Counted from the stretch's first letter, positions 18,921 to 29,171 are shown. The stretch: DNA of 64,000 nucleotides from Thermoplasmata archaeon (GCA_046761045.1 JBHIFJ010000005.1:2361-66360); one strand, 5' to 3'. Numbers and translations are program-made. The notes: generated by a model from the letters alone, not told the origin.

Positions 18921-19078
18921 GCGCTGGTTGGGTGATGTAGAATGAATGGTTGATGGTGTCCTTTCGTCCCTTCTCTTGGAAACTTCAACGTGATGCTGGC
19001 TTTCTTGACTCACAATTCCAGAAAGGACTCTTTTTGGTCATTTAGACCAACGATTCTACATCACCCGCTGGTTGGTGC
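18921..19078. repeat. Inverted repeat (gggtgatgtagaat / attctacatcaccc) flanked by the direct repeat gctggttgg, ~110 bp apart.
   Basis: Read directly from the sequence at 18925-18944 and 19053-19075. It could be a MITE-like remnant, an IS terminus or a structured RNA. Confidence 0.4.
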
Positions 19079-19299
19079 TGATTCTCACCCAAGTTCCCAT
19101 GCTGGCACCACGGAACAGTGTCCTTGAGAGGGGTTTCGGCCGCCCTTGGTCTGCCGCTGCTGACTGCTAATCCCCAGCCCAGATGAAATCCGTTCAGGGG
19201 AAATGGAAGTCTCCAATATGATTGTCGACATTTCTCAGTTCTTGCGTGTTTGGATAGCTCACGAGTCTCTTGAAGTAGTAATAAGCTGCTATAAGATTG

Positions 19300-19830
19300 A
19301 GAGGGCTGTGAATAATAGCTTCTGACCACTGTTTTGTGAAGGGATTTTGACCCATCCTTTCCGTACCAGTTGACCAGCGATTATCAGAAGGGAGGGGAGA
19401 GGTTCCTCAGAGCGGACAAGGAGTTCTTGGCTAAGATTCCTACAAGAGGACGTACGTCTACGGATACAATATCCATGTTGTCATAGATGTGGAGACCTGT
19501 CCTCCGGCATGCGTATCCGTCACGAAGGCAGGATATGGAGAATCGAGAACACTGAGACCCTTCGTGGATCTCATCGATTCGAGATATCCAATCAAAGTGG
19601 AGAAGTGAGTTGCGGATAACAGATATGATGGAAATCCCAATCGGCTACACATGATAGGCCAGCTTGGAGCGATTCCATACATAGAGCTCAATCCATGGAG
19701 CTGCAAAGGAAATGGTGAGAGGGAAAGAATGGCAAGAAGAAAGAAGCTCTGCGGGAGATTCTACAAGAAGGATGGATTCACGAGTACTGGGTGGATCCCG
19801 ATGGTGATTCCTTCCACAATGTCTTGAATT
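19300..19830 (+). pseudogene. Degraded IS5/IS4-family DDE transposase (pseudogene with an in-frame stop and an upstream frameshift).
   Basis: Frame translation of 19435-19827 reads SYKRTYVYGYNIHVVIDVETCPPACVSVTKAGYGESRTLRPFVDLIDSRYPIKVEK*VADNRYDGNPNRLHMIGQLGAIPYIELNPW.... The G(Y)xIHxxVD and ADxxYD motifs with an IPY tail are typical of IS5/IS4 transposases. Upstream, another frame reads ...KIPTRGRTSTD. The surrounding ~1.3 kb is visibly lower in G+C. Confidence 0.55.
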
Positions 19831-20323
19831 CAAGCACATGCAATGAGCAGACATTTCCCGTAACGAGAGAATCCCTGGACCCAGCTAGATTCAGACATCG
19901 TGGTATTGTATGGGCAACCGCTCATGCAATCCTCATGTGCATGAGTATGCTCGTCGCTGTAAATGCGGCTATCGCGGTTGGAAAGCCAGACATGATGAGA
20001 TGCATCAAGTGCTTCGGGCTGTGATCCATTCCATCATAGGATTAGCTCTCTCTCAGCGGAAGCTATACATGGCTTTCATCAATTCATATGGATAGAAGAC
20101 TTCCCCACATCATCCTGCTCACAAGAGATGCGGCAGATTATGATTTGCTGACATACGGCAACGGAGAGGAGAACGGCAAAGAGCCCTCCTGTGAATTACT
20201 CACAGACGTCTCCAAAGAGTAAACTATATAAGGAAACCTTCAATTGAGATTCCGGAGGAGAGATTCGAGAGCTCCACTTCCAACCTTGGATGAAAGCTCG
20301 AGAGAACGAGTTGGAGGTTTGAC

Positions 20324-22492
20324 ATGAGAAGACGCAGCCTCGCGGCAGTGATTCTCATATTCCTGGGCACATTTTCGCTTGCTTTCTCGCTCCTGCCTGA
20401 TAGCGCTCAGGCCATCACACACTATGTAGGTGGAGGTGGCCCCGGCAACTACACAACGATACAAGCCGCCGTTAATGCTGCCAACGCCGGTGACATCATC
20501 TATGTCTTCGGCGGAACGTACAGCGAAAACGTCATTGTATCCAAGTCACTATCTCTAATCGGAGAGGACAAGCAAGCAACCATAATCGACGCGGGTTCCA
20601 CCGGTAGCGCGGTTACCATAACGTCCGATTCAGTCAACATTTCTGGATTCACTCTGACGAACAGCGGGTCACTTGCCGGAGATGCTGGAGTGATTCTAGA
20701 TTCAGTGCATTACTGCACCATCACCGATGTCATCACGACTGGCAACACCGATGGTATCTTCCTATTCTCCTCGGGAACAAACACAATATCCCTCGTTGAG
20801 ACATACTCGAATTTCTGGAGTGGAATAGTGACGATGTTTTCAAGCAGCAACGTCATAGATAGGAACAATGTCCATTCCAACTTCTTCGGAATCACTCTGG
20901 ACCGCTCAAGTAGCAATAAGGTGCGCTGGAACAACGTGACAGACAACTTCAATCAGATTACCCTTTCTGGTGACTTCGCTAATGTCATAGCATATAATAA
21001 CATCTCAGACGGTTCACGCGGCATATGGCTCGATGATTCAGAAAACGCCATAATCAAGGAAAACAACATCTCCTCCCACACTCTCGTGGGCATACGATTT
21101 CAAGCCTCCCTTACGGCAACGCTGACAGGCAATGCGATGGTCGAGAACGGAATCCATATAGAGGGGGACTCAGTGCAGTACTGGAACACTCACGATATCG
21201 ATGATTCCAACACCGTGAATGGTAAGCCCGTCTACTATTGGAAGGATGCAACGGGTGGCATGGTCCCGTCAGACGCGGGTCAAGTGATATTGGCAAACTC
21301 CGCGAATGTGATAGTCCAAAATCAGAATATCACGAATACCACGACAGGAATTCAGCTGGGGTTCTCGTCAGGTAACACGATCGCGAACAACACGATTTGG
21401 TACAGCAACAATGGCATCCATATGGCATCGTCAGCGGGGAACTGGGTATACCACAATGACTTCTTCTTCAACTCGGCACAGGCCTACGACGGTGCCCAGA
21501 ACAACATTTGGGATAATGGCTATCCATCAGGCGGAAACTACTGGTCCGATTACGCAGGTCTTGACCAGTTTTCAGGACCCAACCAGGATCAACCTGGAAG
21601 TGACGGCATAGGCGATACCCCTCGCACCATAGACGCTGCCGACGAGGACAGATACCCCTTGATGTCTCCGTACTCGACTTCCGTACCCCCTGAGCCGCCG
21701 ACACTGCTATTTGTCAATCTGAGCGGCAAGGACTGGGAGAATGTCACGCTTACATGGTCACTATCCCCTGATGACGGATCTGGACTGGAATCCGTAGTCG
21801 GCTACAGGATCTATAGGAATGTGAGCTATAATCCTCAAGGACTGGGTTACTCACTCATCGCCACTCTTCCGAATCAGACTTCTGTCTTTGTCGACAACCT
21901 GTCTGGTGAAGGAGATCCAAGCGATTACTTCTACAGGGTTTGTGCTTTTGACGGATACGGAAAGGCGGGCTGCTCTGACGATCAAGCCGCTAAGTTCACC
22001 CGCCCACTTGCACAGGGGCCGAACCTGGTCTCCGTTCCTCTCATCCAATCCAACGAGTCCATAGAGGCCGTTCTCCGAACAGTCGATTATGACGAAACGT
22101 GGTACTACGACTCCTCCTCCCAAGAATGGAAATGGTACATGGCCTCCAAGGGCTACAGGAGAGGACTGTGGAACATGGATCACACAATGGGACTATGGGT
22201 GAACGTTACGGGCGACTGCAACCTCACCGTGGCAGGAATCGTTCCCAGCCAGACCACGATGTCCCTACGCGAGGGATGGAATCTCGTGGGGTTCCCTTCT
22301 TTCAATGCATCCTATGCTGTTTCGGACTTGAAGGCCGAAGTGGGAGCAGTGAGGGTGGAGGGATACATCTCCATGCCTCCATTCACGCCGTACATGTTGG
22401 AAGTTCTCGGCGATGGGGTGGCACTTGGGGCGGGATTCGGGTACTGGGTGAAGGTGGTGTCGGATATTGTTTGGGTACTCGATGCGATCTAG
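20324..22492 (+). CDS. Secreted right-handed parallel beta-helix (NosD/pectin-lyase-fold) surface protein with a C-terminal FN3-like domain and the shared C-terminal module.
   Basis: Signal peptide MRRRSLAAVILIFLGTFSLAFSLLPDSAQA. Repeated ...N.I..N... beta-helix rungs follow ITHYVGGGGPGNYTTIQAAVNAANAGDIIYVFGGTYSE. The C-terminus TLTWSLSPDDG...YRIYR...AKFTRPLAQG...GYWVKVVSDIVWVLDAI completes the match. Confidence 0.8.
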   Translation: MRRRSLAAVILIFLGTFSLAFSLLPDSAQAITHYVGGGGPGNYTTIQAAVNAANAGDIIYVFGGTYSENVIVSKSLSLIGEDKQATIIDAGSTGSAVTITSDSVNISGFTLTNSGSLAGDAGVILDSVHYCTITDVITTGNTDGIFLFSSGTNTISLVETYSNFWSGIVTMFSSSNVIDRNNVHSNFFGITLDRSSSNKVRWNNVTDNFNQITLSGDFANVIAYNNISDGSRGIWLDDSENAIIKENNISSHTLVGIRFQASLTATLTGNAMVENGIHIEGDSVQYWNTHDIDDSNTVNGKPVYYWKDATGGMVPSDAGQVILANSANVIVQNQNITNTTTGIQLGFSSGNTIANNTIWYSNNGIHMASSAGNWVYHNDFFFNSAQAYDGAQNNIWDNGYPSGGNYWSDYAGLDQFSGPNQDQPGSDGIGDTPRTIDAADEDRYPLMSPYSTSVPPEPPTLLFVNLSGKDWENVTLTWSLSPDDGSGLESVVGYRIYRNVSYNPQGLGYSLIATLPNQTSVFVDNLSGEGDPSDYFYRVCAFDGYGKAGCSDDQAAKFTRPLAQGPNLVSVPLIQSNESIEAVLRTVDYDETWYYDSSSQEWKWYMASKGYRRGLWNMDHTMGLWVNVTGDCNLTVAGIVPSQTTMSLREGWNLVGFPSFNASYAVSDLKAEVGAVRVEGYISMPPFTPYMLEVLGDGVALGAGFGYWVKVVSDIVWVLDAI

Positions 22493-22847
22493 GACAACCC
22501 AAGATATACTACCCGTCCTCTCCCCCTGTTTGGCAGAGCTTCGCGGAGCTACCCCGGGTCGTCAGGGTGGATGTGAACAAGGCCGAGGTTGAATCATCCT
22601 GCTCACCTCGCCGAGGCCCAGGCTGCTGCTGAGGCCAATCTGGCTGCGCGCATCCCGAACGACATGACGCTCCTGAATCCGCCGGAGTTCGGCGGACCAC
22701 AGGACGAGAAGAACGCCGGATGAGTGTGCTAGGGCTGCAAATCTTCGAAGGGCTCGAAGCCAAAGAACGACAACGACTGCCTGGGACTCGAATCCAATCC
22801 ATATCGGACTGGATGGAAGAGGGTCTTCCATGGCACCCAGATAATGA

Positions 22848-24044
22848 TCAACGACGTTTTACGAGAGTCCTCATCATCCATGCCATGATGACTACTCCGA
22901 GCATAGTGAGCAGCGCCGAGGCAAGATACAGTGGTCGCACTCCCATGGAGGCGTAGATGCCTGCGAAGAGCACGGGAGAGATGGCGTAGCCAGCGAACCT
23001 CGAGCTGTTGAAGAGAGAGGAAACTGCTCCCCGCCGCTCAGGTATTACCTCAACGGTAAGCGTGAGCAGCGACGCCCAGACAACCGCGGCAGCACAACCG
23101 ACGACGACCATGGCGAGAATGAAGCCCCAGAAGTCCGAGGCAAAGTAGAAGATGACCATCCCCACGGATGTGGAGACGAATCCTATGGCTCCAGTCCTGA
23201 ATCGCCCGATCTTGTCGACAAGCATGCCTGCAAAGGGAGAGATGAACACCCCGCCAATACCGCCCGCGAAGAGGACCATGCCTATCGTCGCGGAATCGTA
23301 GCCGTACGGTGCGAGGGAGAGCGCGTCCGACGTGTAGGAGATGACCCCGATGAACACGAAGAAGGTGAGGAATCCCGCAATGCAGAGAGCTATGACGCAC
23401 GGGTCAGTCACCACACTGCGAATCGACAACCTGGATTTCTCGCCGGAACGTTTTTTCTCGACGCCTCTGAATGCAACCTGGATTGCGACGAACACCAGCA
23501 CAGCGAGCAGAGCGATCAGGTAGAACGTCCACCGCCAATCGATCGTGTCCATGAATCCTGCGATAAGCGGGCCGGAGGACACGGCCCCGGCGGTGACCGC
23601 ACCGAAGATTCCCATGGAAACGCCCCGCCTGTCCTCCCGCGTGAAGTCACCGACGATGGCATGGAGGACAGGTGTCACGAATGCGAACCCTAGACCCTGA
23701 ACGAACCTCCCGCCGAGGAAGGTGTTGATGTCGGGCGCCCAGCCGCACAGCAATGAACCGAGGGCGTATATGAGGAATCCTGATGCCGCGATTGTCTTCC
23801 TCCCCATGGCATCAGATATGGTCCCAGAGAAGAGCTGGAAGAAGACGAATGGAATCATATAGACGGGGATGGAGAGGAAGACCTCCTCGACGCCGACACC
23901 GTATGCGGCCTTGAGCGATCCGACGAGCGCGAGAATGGTGTTCCCCGCCAAGGGTCCAATGAACCCGCCCGCGTAGGCGACGAGCAGTCTTCTGTCCACC
24001 ACACCGAGCAGAATGAACGTACGCCATATAGACTTGCGGTTCAA
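22848..24044 (-). CDS. Major facilitator superfamily transporter.
   Basis: 398 aa with 12 predicted hydrophobic helices and MFS-like loop motifs (GTISDAMGRK). Confidence 0.7.
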   Translation of the reverse strand: MNRKSIWRTFILLGVVDRRLLVAYAGGFIGPLAGNTILALVGSLKAAYGVGVEEVFLSIPVYMIPFVFFQLFSGTISDAMGRKTIAASGFLIYALGSLLCGWAPDINTFLGGRFVQGLGFAFVTPVLHAIVGDFTREDRRGVSMGIFGAVTAGAVSSGPLIAGFMDTIDWRWTFYLIALLAVLVFVAIQVAFRGVEKKRSGEKSRLSIRSVVTDPCVIALCIAGFLTFFVFIGVISYTSDALSLAPYGYDSATIGMVLFAGGIGGVFISPFAGMLVDKIGRFRTGAIGFVSTSVGMVIFYFASDFWGFILAMVVVGCAAAVVWASLLTLTVEVIPERRGAVSSLFNSSRFAGYAISPVLFAGIYASMGVRPLYLASALLTMLGVVIMAWMMRTLVKRR

Positions 24045-24067
24045 TTATATAGGCTCCTCTCCATCCC

Positions 24068-24736
24068 TTGCATGTGAAGGCACCCTTGGAATGCGGGACC
24101 ATCGACGAGATGCTGGCCGGAGGGATTGAGGGCGGCTGCCTGACCCTGATATACGGCGAGGGTGGCAGCGGAAAAACAAACTTCGTCCTGCAGCTCGCGA
24201 GGAACATCGCCAGGGAGAAGAAGGTCCTCTTCATCGACACCGAGGGCGTTTCGATCGAGCGGTTGAAGCAGATGAGCGGGGAGGAGTACGAGCAGATCCT
24301 GAACAACATCCTCTTCTCGGAGCCCTACACGTTCAGGGAGCAGCAGAAGATAATCGAGAAAGCAGCCAATCTGGCCATCAAGAACAAAGACGTCGGTGCG
24401 ATCATCGTTGATTCTGCAACGACCTATTACAGGCTGACGAGGCTTGAGGACGAGTTCCGGGAGAGGAAGAACCTGGCCGATCAGGTGACGAAGCTGCTGA
24501 TGGTCGCGCGAACCAGGGATATCCCGGTCGTACTAACGAGTCAGGTGTACACGGACATAAAGACGGGGTCCTACGAACCGCTCGGAGGGCACCTGCTCTC
24601 GCACAACGCCAAGACCATAATCAGCCTGGAGAGGACAGGGCCTCACAGACGTCAGGCGGTGCTCATAAAGCACAGGCATTTGGCCGAGGGCCGCGTGGCC
24701 CCTTTTCTCCTCACAGACAAGGGCCTTGAGTGCTAG
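24068..24736 (+). CDS. radB: RadB (archaeal RecA/RadA paralogue, KaiC-like ATPase).
   Basis: 222 aa with the motif LAGGIEGGCLTLIYGEGGSGKTNFVLQLA (Walker A). Confidence 0.8.
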   Translation: MHVKAPLECGTIDEMLAGGIEGGCLTLIYGEGGSGKTNFVLQLARNIAREKKVLFIDTEGVSIERLKQMSGEEYEQILNNILFSEPYTFREQQKIIEKAANLAIKNKDVGAIIVDSATTYYRLTRLEDEFRERKNLADQVTKLLMVARTRDIPVVLTSQVYTDIKTGSYEPLGGHLLSHNAKTIISLERTGPHRRQAVLIKHRHLAEGRVAPFLLTDKGLEC

Positions 24737-25542
24737 GCCAGCGCCTTTTCGAGAATCTCCCTTCCCGGCTGCGTTGAAAGGATGTCGAGCGCCACCTCGC
24801 GGAAGACCTCCTCGACATTGTCACCTGTCCTGGCACTGGCGAAGGTGATGTTCGCCCTGATTGGAGCGACCACCTCTATGTCATCCCTGCTGAACTCGAA
24901 GTCATCGTGCTTGTCGGCCTTGTTGACGAGTATGTGGACGGGAACGCTCCCCGCTATCTTCAGCCCAGAGCCAATCCAGTCCTCCAGGCCCTCAAGGGTG
25001 GCCTTCCTCGTCACATCGCAGACGGCGATGATGCCCTGCGCACCGTGAAGATAGGAGTCCAGGAGAAGGTTCGCCAGTCCCTTGTTTCCCATGATGTCCC
25101 AGATGGTCATGTCCACGGTGACGTCCCTGCCATCCCTGGGATGCTCCACGGTTATCGTCTTCTTCGAAACCTTCGAGCCCATCGTCCTGAGATAGTCGTC
25201 ATCGAACTGGTCGAGCACGTACCTCCTGATGAGGCTGCTCTTGCCCACCGCCTTGTCGCCAACGAGGCAGACCTTCATCTTTGTCCTGTTCTCGTTTCCG
25301 ACCTCCATCGTGGAGAACCTGTGCTCCAAGCCGACCCTCTCCAATGCCAGCCTAATCTTCGTCAGCTTCTCCGCGATGTCTTCCAGGGCCACGGGGTCGT
25401 TCGATATCGCCTTCGGCCACTTCAGGATGAATGCCGACCTCCCCTTCAGTGGCATCCACTCGTCGTCCTTCATCAAGTCTATGAGCTCCTCCGGGAGGCT
25501 GCCGTTTTCCTCCAGCAGCAGACATGTGACCATTTCGGGCAT
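24733..25542 (-). CDS. Rab/Ras-like small GTPase carrying a ~95 aa N-terminal extension of unknown fold.
   Basis: G1 GDKAVGKS, switch-I RTMG, G3 WDIMG, G4 NKAD and G5 FASARTGDNVEEVF motifs are present. A TATATA box on the minus strand lies ~30 nt upstream of the start at 25542. Confidence 0.75.
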   Translation of the reverse strand: MPEMVTCLLLEENGSLPEELIDLMKDDEWMPLKGRSAFILKWPKAISNDPVALEDIAEKLTKIRLALERVGLEHRFSTMEVGNENRTKMKVCLVGDKAVGKSSLIRRYVLDQFDDDYLRTMGSKVSKKTITVEHPRDGRDVTVDMTIWDIMGNKGLANLLLDSYLHGAQGIIAVCDVTRKATLEGLEDWIGSGLKIAGSVPVHILVNKADKHDDFEFSRDDIEVVAPIRANITFASARTGDNVEEVFREVALDILSTQPGREILEKALA

Positions 25543-25570
25543 GCGGACCCACCACTCCGGTATGGTTGGC

Positions 25571-25580
25571 TATGGTCCGA
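25571..25580 (-). promoter_or_regulatory. Candidate TATA box for the small-GTPase gene.
   Basis: The plus-strand gagttatatactc is the reverse complement of gagtatataactc, ~30 nt upstream of the start codon at 25542. Confidence 0.35.
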
Positions 25581-25628
25581 GTTATATACTCATTTCCGCC
25601 TCATTATCAGGCCTGATAATGATATGAG

Positions 25629-26615
25629 TCACCTCTTCCTTGAGAGCATGAAGTCGGAGGCCGCTAGCATGTTCTCCCTCAGTGGAGACGGAAGCTTCTC
25701 CAGCGTCCGATTGCACCTCTCCAAGAAGCCCTTGGCGATCTCCTCGGCCCCCTCGGCAGCACGATACTTCCTGAATATATCGAAAACCCTCTGCACATCC
25801 TCGTCCGTTGTCTCGGTGCGCGGCTTGTCCAGAATGTGGAAGAGCTCCTCCCTCTCCTCCTTCGTGCAGTTCTCAGACGCTATAACGACGAGAAGACTCC
25901 TCTTCCCCTCCTTGACATCGGAGCCCTTCTCGCCCCTTCCCTTTCCCATGGTCATGTCTATGATGTCATCCCTGATCTGGAACACGGGACCGATATGCTT
26001 TCCGTAGCTCTCTAGGGCGAGGAGGATCTCATCGGATGCCCCGCCAATGACGGCACCGCCCTGGACCGGGCATGCCAGATAGTATCCCGTCTTCTCGATG
26101 ACCGTCTCCAGGTACTCTTCCACGGTGAGGTCCCTTCGCTGGCGGGCAGAGATGTCCATCGCCTGGCCCTCACCTGTGTGGTTGACCGTATGCGTCAGCA
26201 GCTCGACAAGGCGCAGAACGCGGCCCTTCTCCACACCGAGCTCGAGGCTGCCCAATGTGGATTCGTACATCTTCGCGAATAGATAGTCACCGACGTTGAT
26301 TCCGTGCTCGAGGCCGTATTTCTTCCAGACAGAGGCTCTGTCGTGCCTCATCTCGTCTCCATCTTGTATGTCATCGTGAGTAAGAAGAAAGTTGTGCAGG
26401 AGCTCAGAGGCCACAGCGAACGGCATGGCCTGCTCCACGGTCCCGCCCAGGCTCTCGGACGCCAGGAGAGCGAGGACCGGCCTTATCCGCTTTCCGCGGT
26501 ACTTCCTGTCGTCTACATCGAGACCCAGCGCGTAGCGCAGCACGTCGTGCAGGTTGGGCACCTCCCTCTCGGTCCTGATGAACGCCTCGAGTTCCCTCTC
26601 GACATGGGGCACCAT
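25629..26615 (-). CDS. idsA: Geranylgeranyl / polyprenyl diphosphate synthase (trans-isoprenyl diphosphate synthase).
   Basis: First aspartate-rich motif LTHDDIQDGD and second FQIRDDIIDMT. The start was moved to MVPHVERELEAF (ATG 26615), because the Arg/Gly-rich upstream extension overlaps the idi gene in another frame. Confidence 0.8.
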   Translation of the reverse strand: MVPHVERELEAFIRTEREVPNLHDVLRYALGLDVDDRKYRGKRIRPVLALLASESLGGTVEQAMPFAVASELLHNFLLTHDDIQDGDEMRHDRASVWKKYGLEHGINVGDYLFAKMYESTLGSLELGVEKGRVLRLVELLTHTVNHTGEGQAMDISARQRRDLTVEEYLETVIEKTGYYLACPVQGGAVIGGASDEILLALESYGKHIGPVFQIRDDIIDMTMGKGRGEKGSDVKEGKRSLLVVIASENCTKEEREELFHILDKPRTETTDEDVQRVFDIFRKYRAAEGAEEIAKGFLERCNRTLEKLPSPLRENMLAASDFMLSRKR

Positions 26616-26662
26616 TTCGGTCAGATATAACTCGAAATCGTCGATGACCCTTCCCTGCGGGC

Positions 26663-27724
26663 TCAACCCACGACCTCCATCTCCTTGAGCCAGTTGGCGG
26701 TGGGTTCCCTGACGACGTACTCCTTCGCCGCCAGTTCCTCGACATCCGCTGAGCCTGTGAGGAACATCGCCGCCAGCAGTTCGTGTATTATTGCCTTGAG
26801 TTCGAATTCGACGGCCTCTGACGACTCCTTCGCGGCGGGCAGGAGGCGGGAGGCCATCCCCGCGCACGAGGCGCCAAGCACGATTGCCCTGGCGATATCG
26901 AGGCCGTTCTGAACGCCGCCGGTGGCGATGACGGGCAGTCCGACGTTCGCCCAGATAACAGAGACCGGTGTCGGTATGCCCCAGTTCCAGAACAGCTTCC
27001 CGAGCTCCTGCTTCCTCAGGTCATTCCTCTTCTTCGCCCGAAAGAACTCGACCGCGGACCAGCTTGTTCCCCCGAGTCCGCCGACATCGATGCCCACGAC
27101 CCCCGCCTTCTTCAGTGCGACGGCGACCTCTCGCGAGATACCAGCACCAGTCTCCTTGCCTATGACCGGGAAGACCCCCGCAACGGCGGATATGGCCTTC
27201 AGGCAGCCTCTCGCCTTCAGGTCGCCCTCGGGCTGCACGATCTCCTGAAGGAAGTTTAGGTGGACAGCCAGAACATCAGCGTCAATCATGGCAACCGCCC
27301 TCTCCGCGTCCTCGATGTTCAGGGGCTCCTCGCCTGGTTGTGGGATGAGCTGCGGCGCACCAACATTACCGATTCTGAGCGGGATATCGTGCTCCCTCAG
27401 GACAGAGTATGTGTCCTCCAGGGACGGGTCCTCGAGTGCCTGCCTCTGGCTCCCGACGCCCATGCCCACACCCACGGAGGCGGCTGCCTCGGCGAGGTTC
27501 TCGTTTATCTTGCGCGCCTCCTCAAACCCGCCGGTCATCGCGGATATGATGAGCGGGGCGTTGAGCTTCTTGCCGAAGATCTCGATGCCCGTGTCTATCT
27601 CGTCGACGTCTATCTCGGGCAGGGCCTTATGGATGAGGACAATGTCGTCCCAGTAGCGGTAGCTTGCGTCAACGTCCTCTTCCGACACTATCTCCACGTG
27701 CTCCTTCTTCCTCTCCTGAGTCAT
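26663..27724 (-). CDS. fni: Type 2 (FMN-dependent) isopentenyl-diphosphate delta-isomerase.
   Basis: 353 aa with IDI-2 hallmarks: ...LIISAMTGG... and a glycine-rich FMN-binding segment. Confidence 0.8.
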   Translation of the reverse strand: MTQERKKEHVEIVSEEDVDASYRYWDDIVLIHKALPEIDVDEIDTGIEIFGKKLNAPLIISAMTGGFEEARKINENLAEAAASVGVGMGVGSQRQALEDPSLEDTYSVLREHDIPLRIGNVGAPQLIPQPGEEPLNIEDAERAVAMIDADVLAVHLNFLQEIVQPEGDLKARGCLKAISAVAGVFPVIGKETGAGISREVAVALKKAGVVGIDVGGLGGTSWSAVEFFRAKKRNDLRKQELGKLFWNWGIPTPVSVIWANVGLPVIATGGVQNGLDIARAIVLGASCAGMASRLLPAAKESSEAVEFELKAIIHELLAAMFLTGSADVEELAAKEYVVREPTANWLKEMEVVG

Positions 27725-27725
27725 G

Positions 27726-28496
27726 CTATCTCCTCGATATCCTCGTCCCAGGGGAGCCGTGCCCCATAAGGAACTTCATGAGCCTACCATCCACGCTGCC
27801 GTTCATCACCCATGTCTCCACCCCCAGGTCAGCGATGTCGAACATGAGCCTGAGCTTCCTGAATATCCCGCCCGTCACGTCCGCCCGAGCGGTCTGGCCC
27901 TCGATGGTCCTGAGCGTGTCCCAGTCGAGCCTCTCGATTATCCCCGCGCCCTGAGCGGGAGGATAGCTCGGGTACACGCCATCCGTATCGGTGGCGAAGA
28001 TGGCCTTCTTGGGCTTGAACTCCTTCGAGAGCCACAGCATCAGATCATCGCCTGAGCAAATCGCGAACTTCCTCCTGGAATCGAGGACGACATCGCCGAA
28101 CGTGACCGGCATCAGCCCCAAGCCGATGTATTCCTTGAAGGGGCGCAGGTCCATCTCCTCCAGGGCACCATCGTTCAGCCGAACGATTGAGCTCGGCGGC
28201 AGAGACACCGGCTTGAGACCCTCGGCAATGAGAGCATCCAGGACCATGAGGTTCAATGTCTTCACGTCTCGCTGGACATGGGAAATGCCCGGAATCTGCG
28301 TCTCGTTGAGGTATCCCTCCTCGAGCCTGTGCTCCTTCGCCAGGATATGGCCGAACGAGCCTGCACCGTGGACGAGAATCATCTCCGCGCCCGCCATCCC
28401 GAGTTCCTGTGCGAGAATCTTCATCCTGTCGGTTCTGAAGGTCCTCAGCTGCGATTTGTCCGTTATCAGACTGCCGCCAAGCTTCACCAGCATCAT
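27726..28496 (-). CDS. ipk: Isopentenyl phosphate kinase (amino-acid-kinase fold).
   Basis: MMLVKLGGSLITDK...ILVHGAGSFGH matches the IPK N-terminal motif. It is 256 aa. Confidence 0.8.
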   Translation of the reverse strand: MMLVKLGGSLITDKSQLRTFRTDRMKILAQELGMAGAEMILVHGAGSFGHILAKEHRLEEGYLNETQIPGISHVQRDVKTLNLMVLDALIAEGLKPVSLPPSSIVRLNDGALEEMDLRPFKEYIGLGLMPVTFGDVVLDSRRKFAICSGDDLMLWLSKEFKPKKAIFATDTDGVYPSYPPAQGAGIIERLDWDTLRTIEGQTARADVTGGIFRKLRLMFDIADLGVETWVMNGSVDGRLMKFLMGHGSPGTRISRR

Positions 28497-28676
28497 TGGC
28501 TACGGTCCCCTGCGTGCCGTGAAAACATCTCCATCATAAATAACCCTTTGGAGATTCAGAGTGCACCAAGACGCGGACGCTTCGCAGGAGGTGCGGAGTC
28601 CTAGGCTCACGACCAAACCAGGGCGAGACGTTCCGGTTGGTGACCAGAAGGTGAAGAGGACTGTGATTTCCTGCGT

Positions 28677-29168
28677 TCAGGGTAGGGAATCTCGGGCCTG
28701 TGGACCAGTGGGATCGTCGGAAACACCAATCCCTCCCCCAGGCGTAGAATGATACCACTCAACAGCGATGTTCCCAAGATAGTCTTCGTCCAGGGCTGCT
28801 TTCTCTCCTGCAGGCTCCGTGGGTGGCCCCAATGGCATCGTGCCTGCATCGTTCGACTTCGGTCCTTCGCCGACGGCATTGACCGCGGTGACAGAGTAGT
28901 CGTACCACTGACCTGGCATTAGGCCTGCATCCGTATACGTTAACACATTGCCCACTGCGATTACCGTCTCATTGCCGAGCGTTCTCCTGTGGATTCTGTA
29001 GTTGGAGACCGGAAACCCGCCTTCGAAAAGCGGCGGTTCCCACGTAAGCGTAATCTGATAGTAGCCCTCCGCCGCACTCAGATTCCGAGGAGCCGAGGGC
29101 GGTAATGGAGATGGGATGAACGGATTCATGAGCGGGTATCTGTCCTTCGAATCTATCCCGCCGGGCAC
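28677..29168 (-). pseudogene. C-terminal continuation (FN3-like domain) of the beta-helix surface protein, separated from it by an in-frame TAG.
   Basis: Reading the minus strand across 29172-29174 gives GIGDVP-TAG-VVPGGIDSKDRYPLMNPF. This is collinear with GSDGIGDTPRTIDAADEDRYPLMSPY in the intact paralogue at 20324..22492. Confidence 0.5.
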
Positions 29169-29171
29169 GAC

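Noticed and set aside
24907-26007. 366 aa plus-strand ORF.
   Set aside because: It is antisense to the small-GTPase and GGPP-synthase genes, both of which have diagnostic motifs.
26616-26867. 84-codon N-terminal extension of the GGPP synthase ORF (MRGDGLPPPARREG...).
   Set aside because: It is Arg/Gly-rich, overlaps the idi gene on the same strand in another frame, and the conserved Met (MVPHVERELE) leaves a sensible 48-nt intergenic gap.
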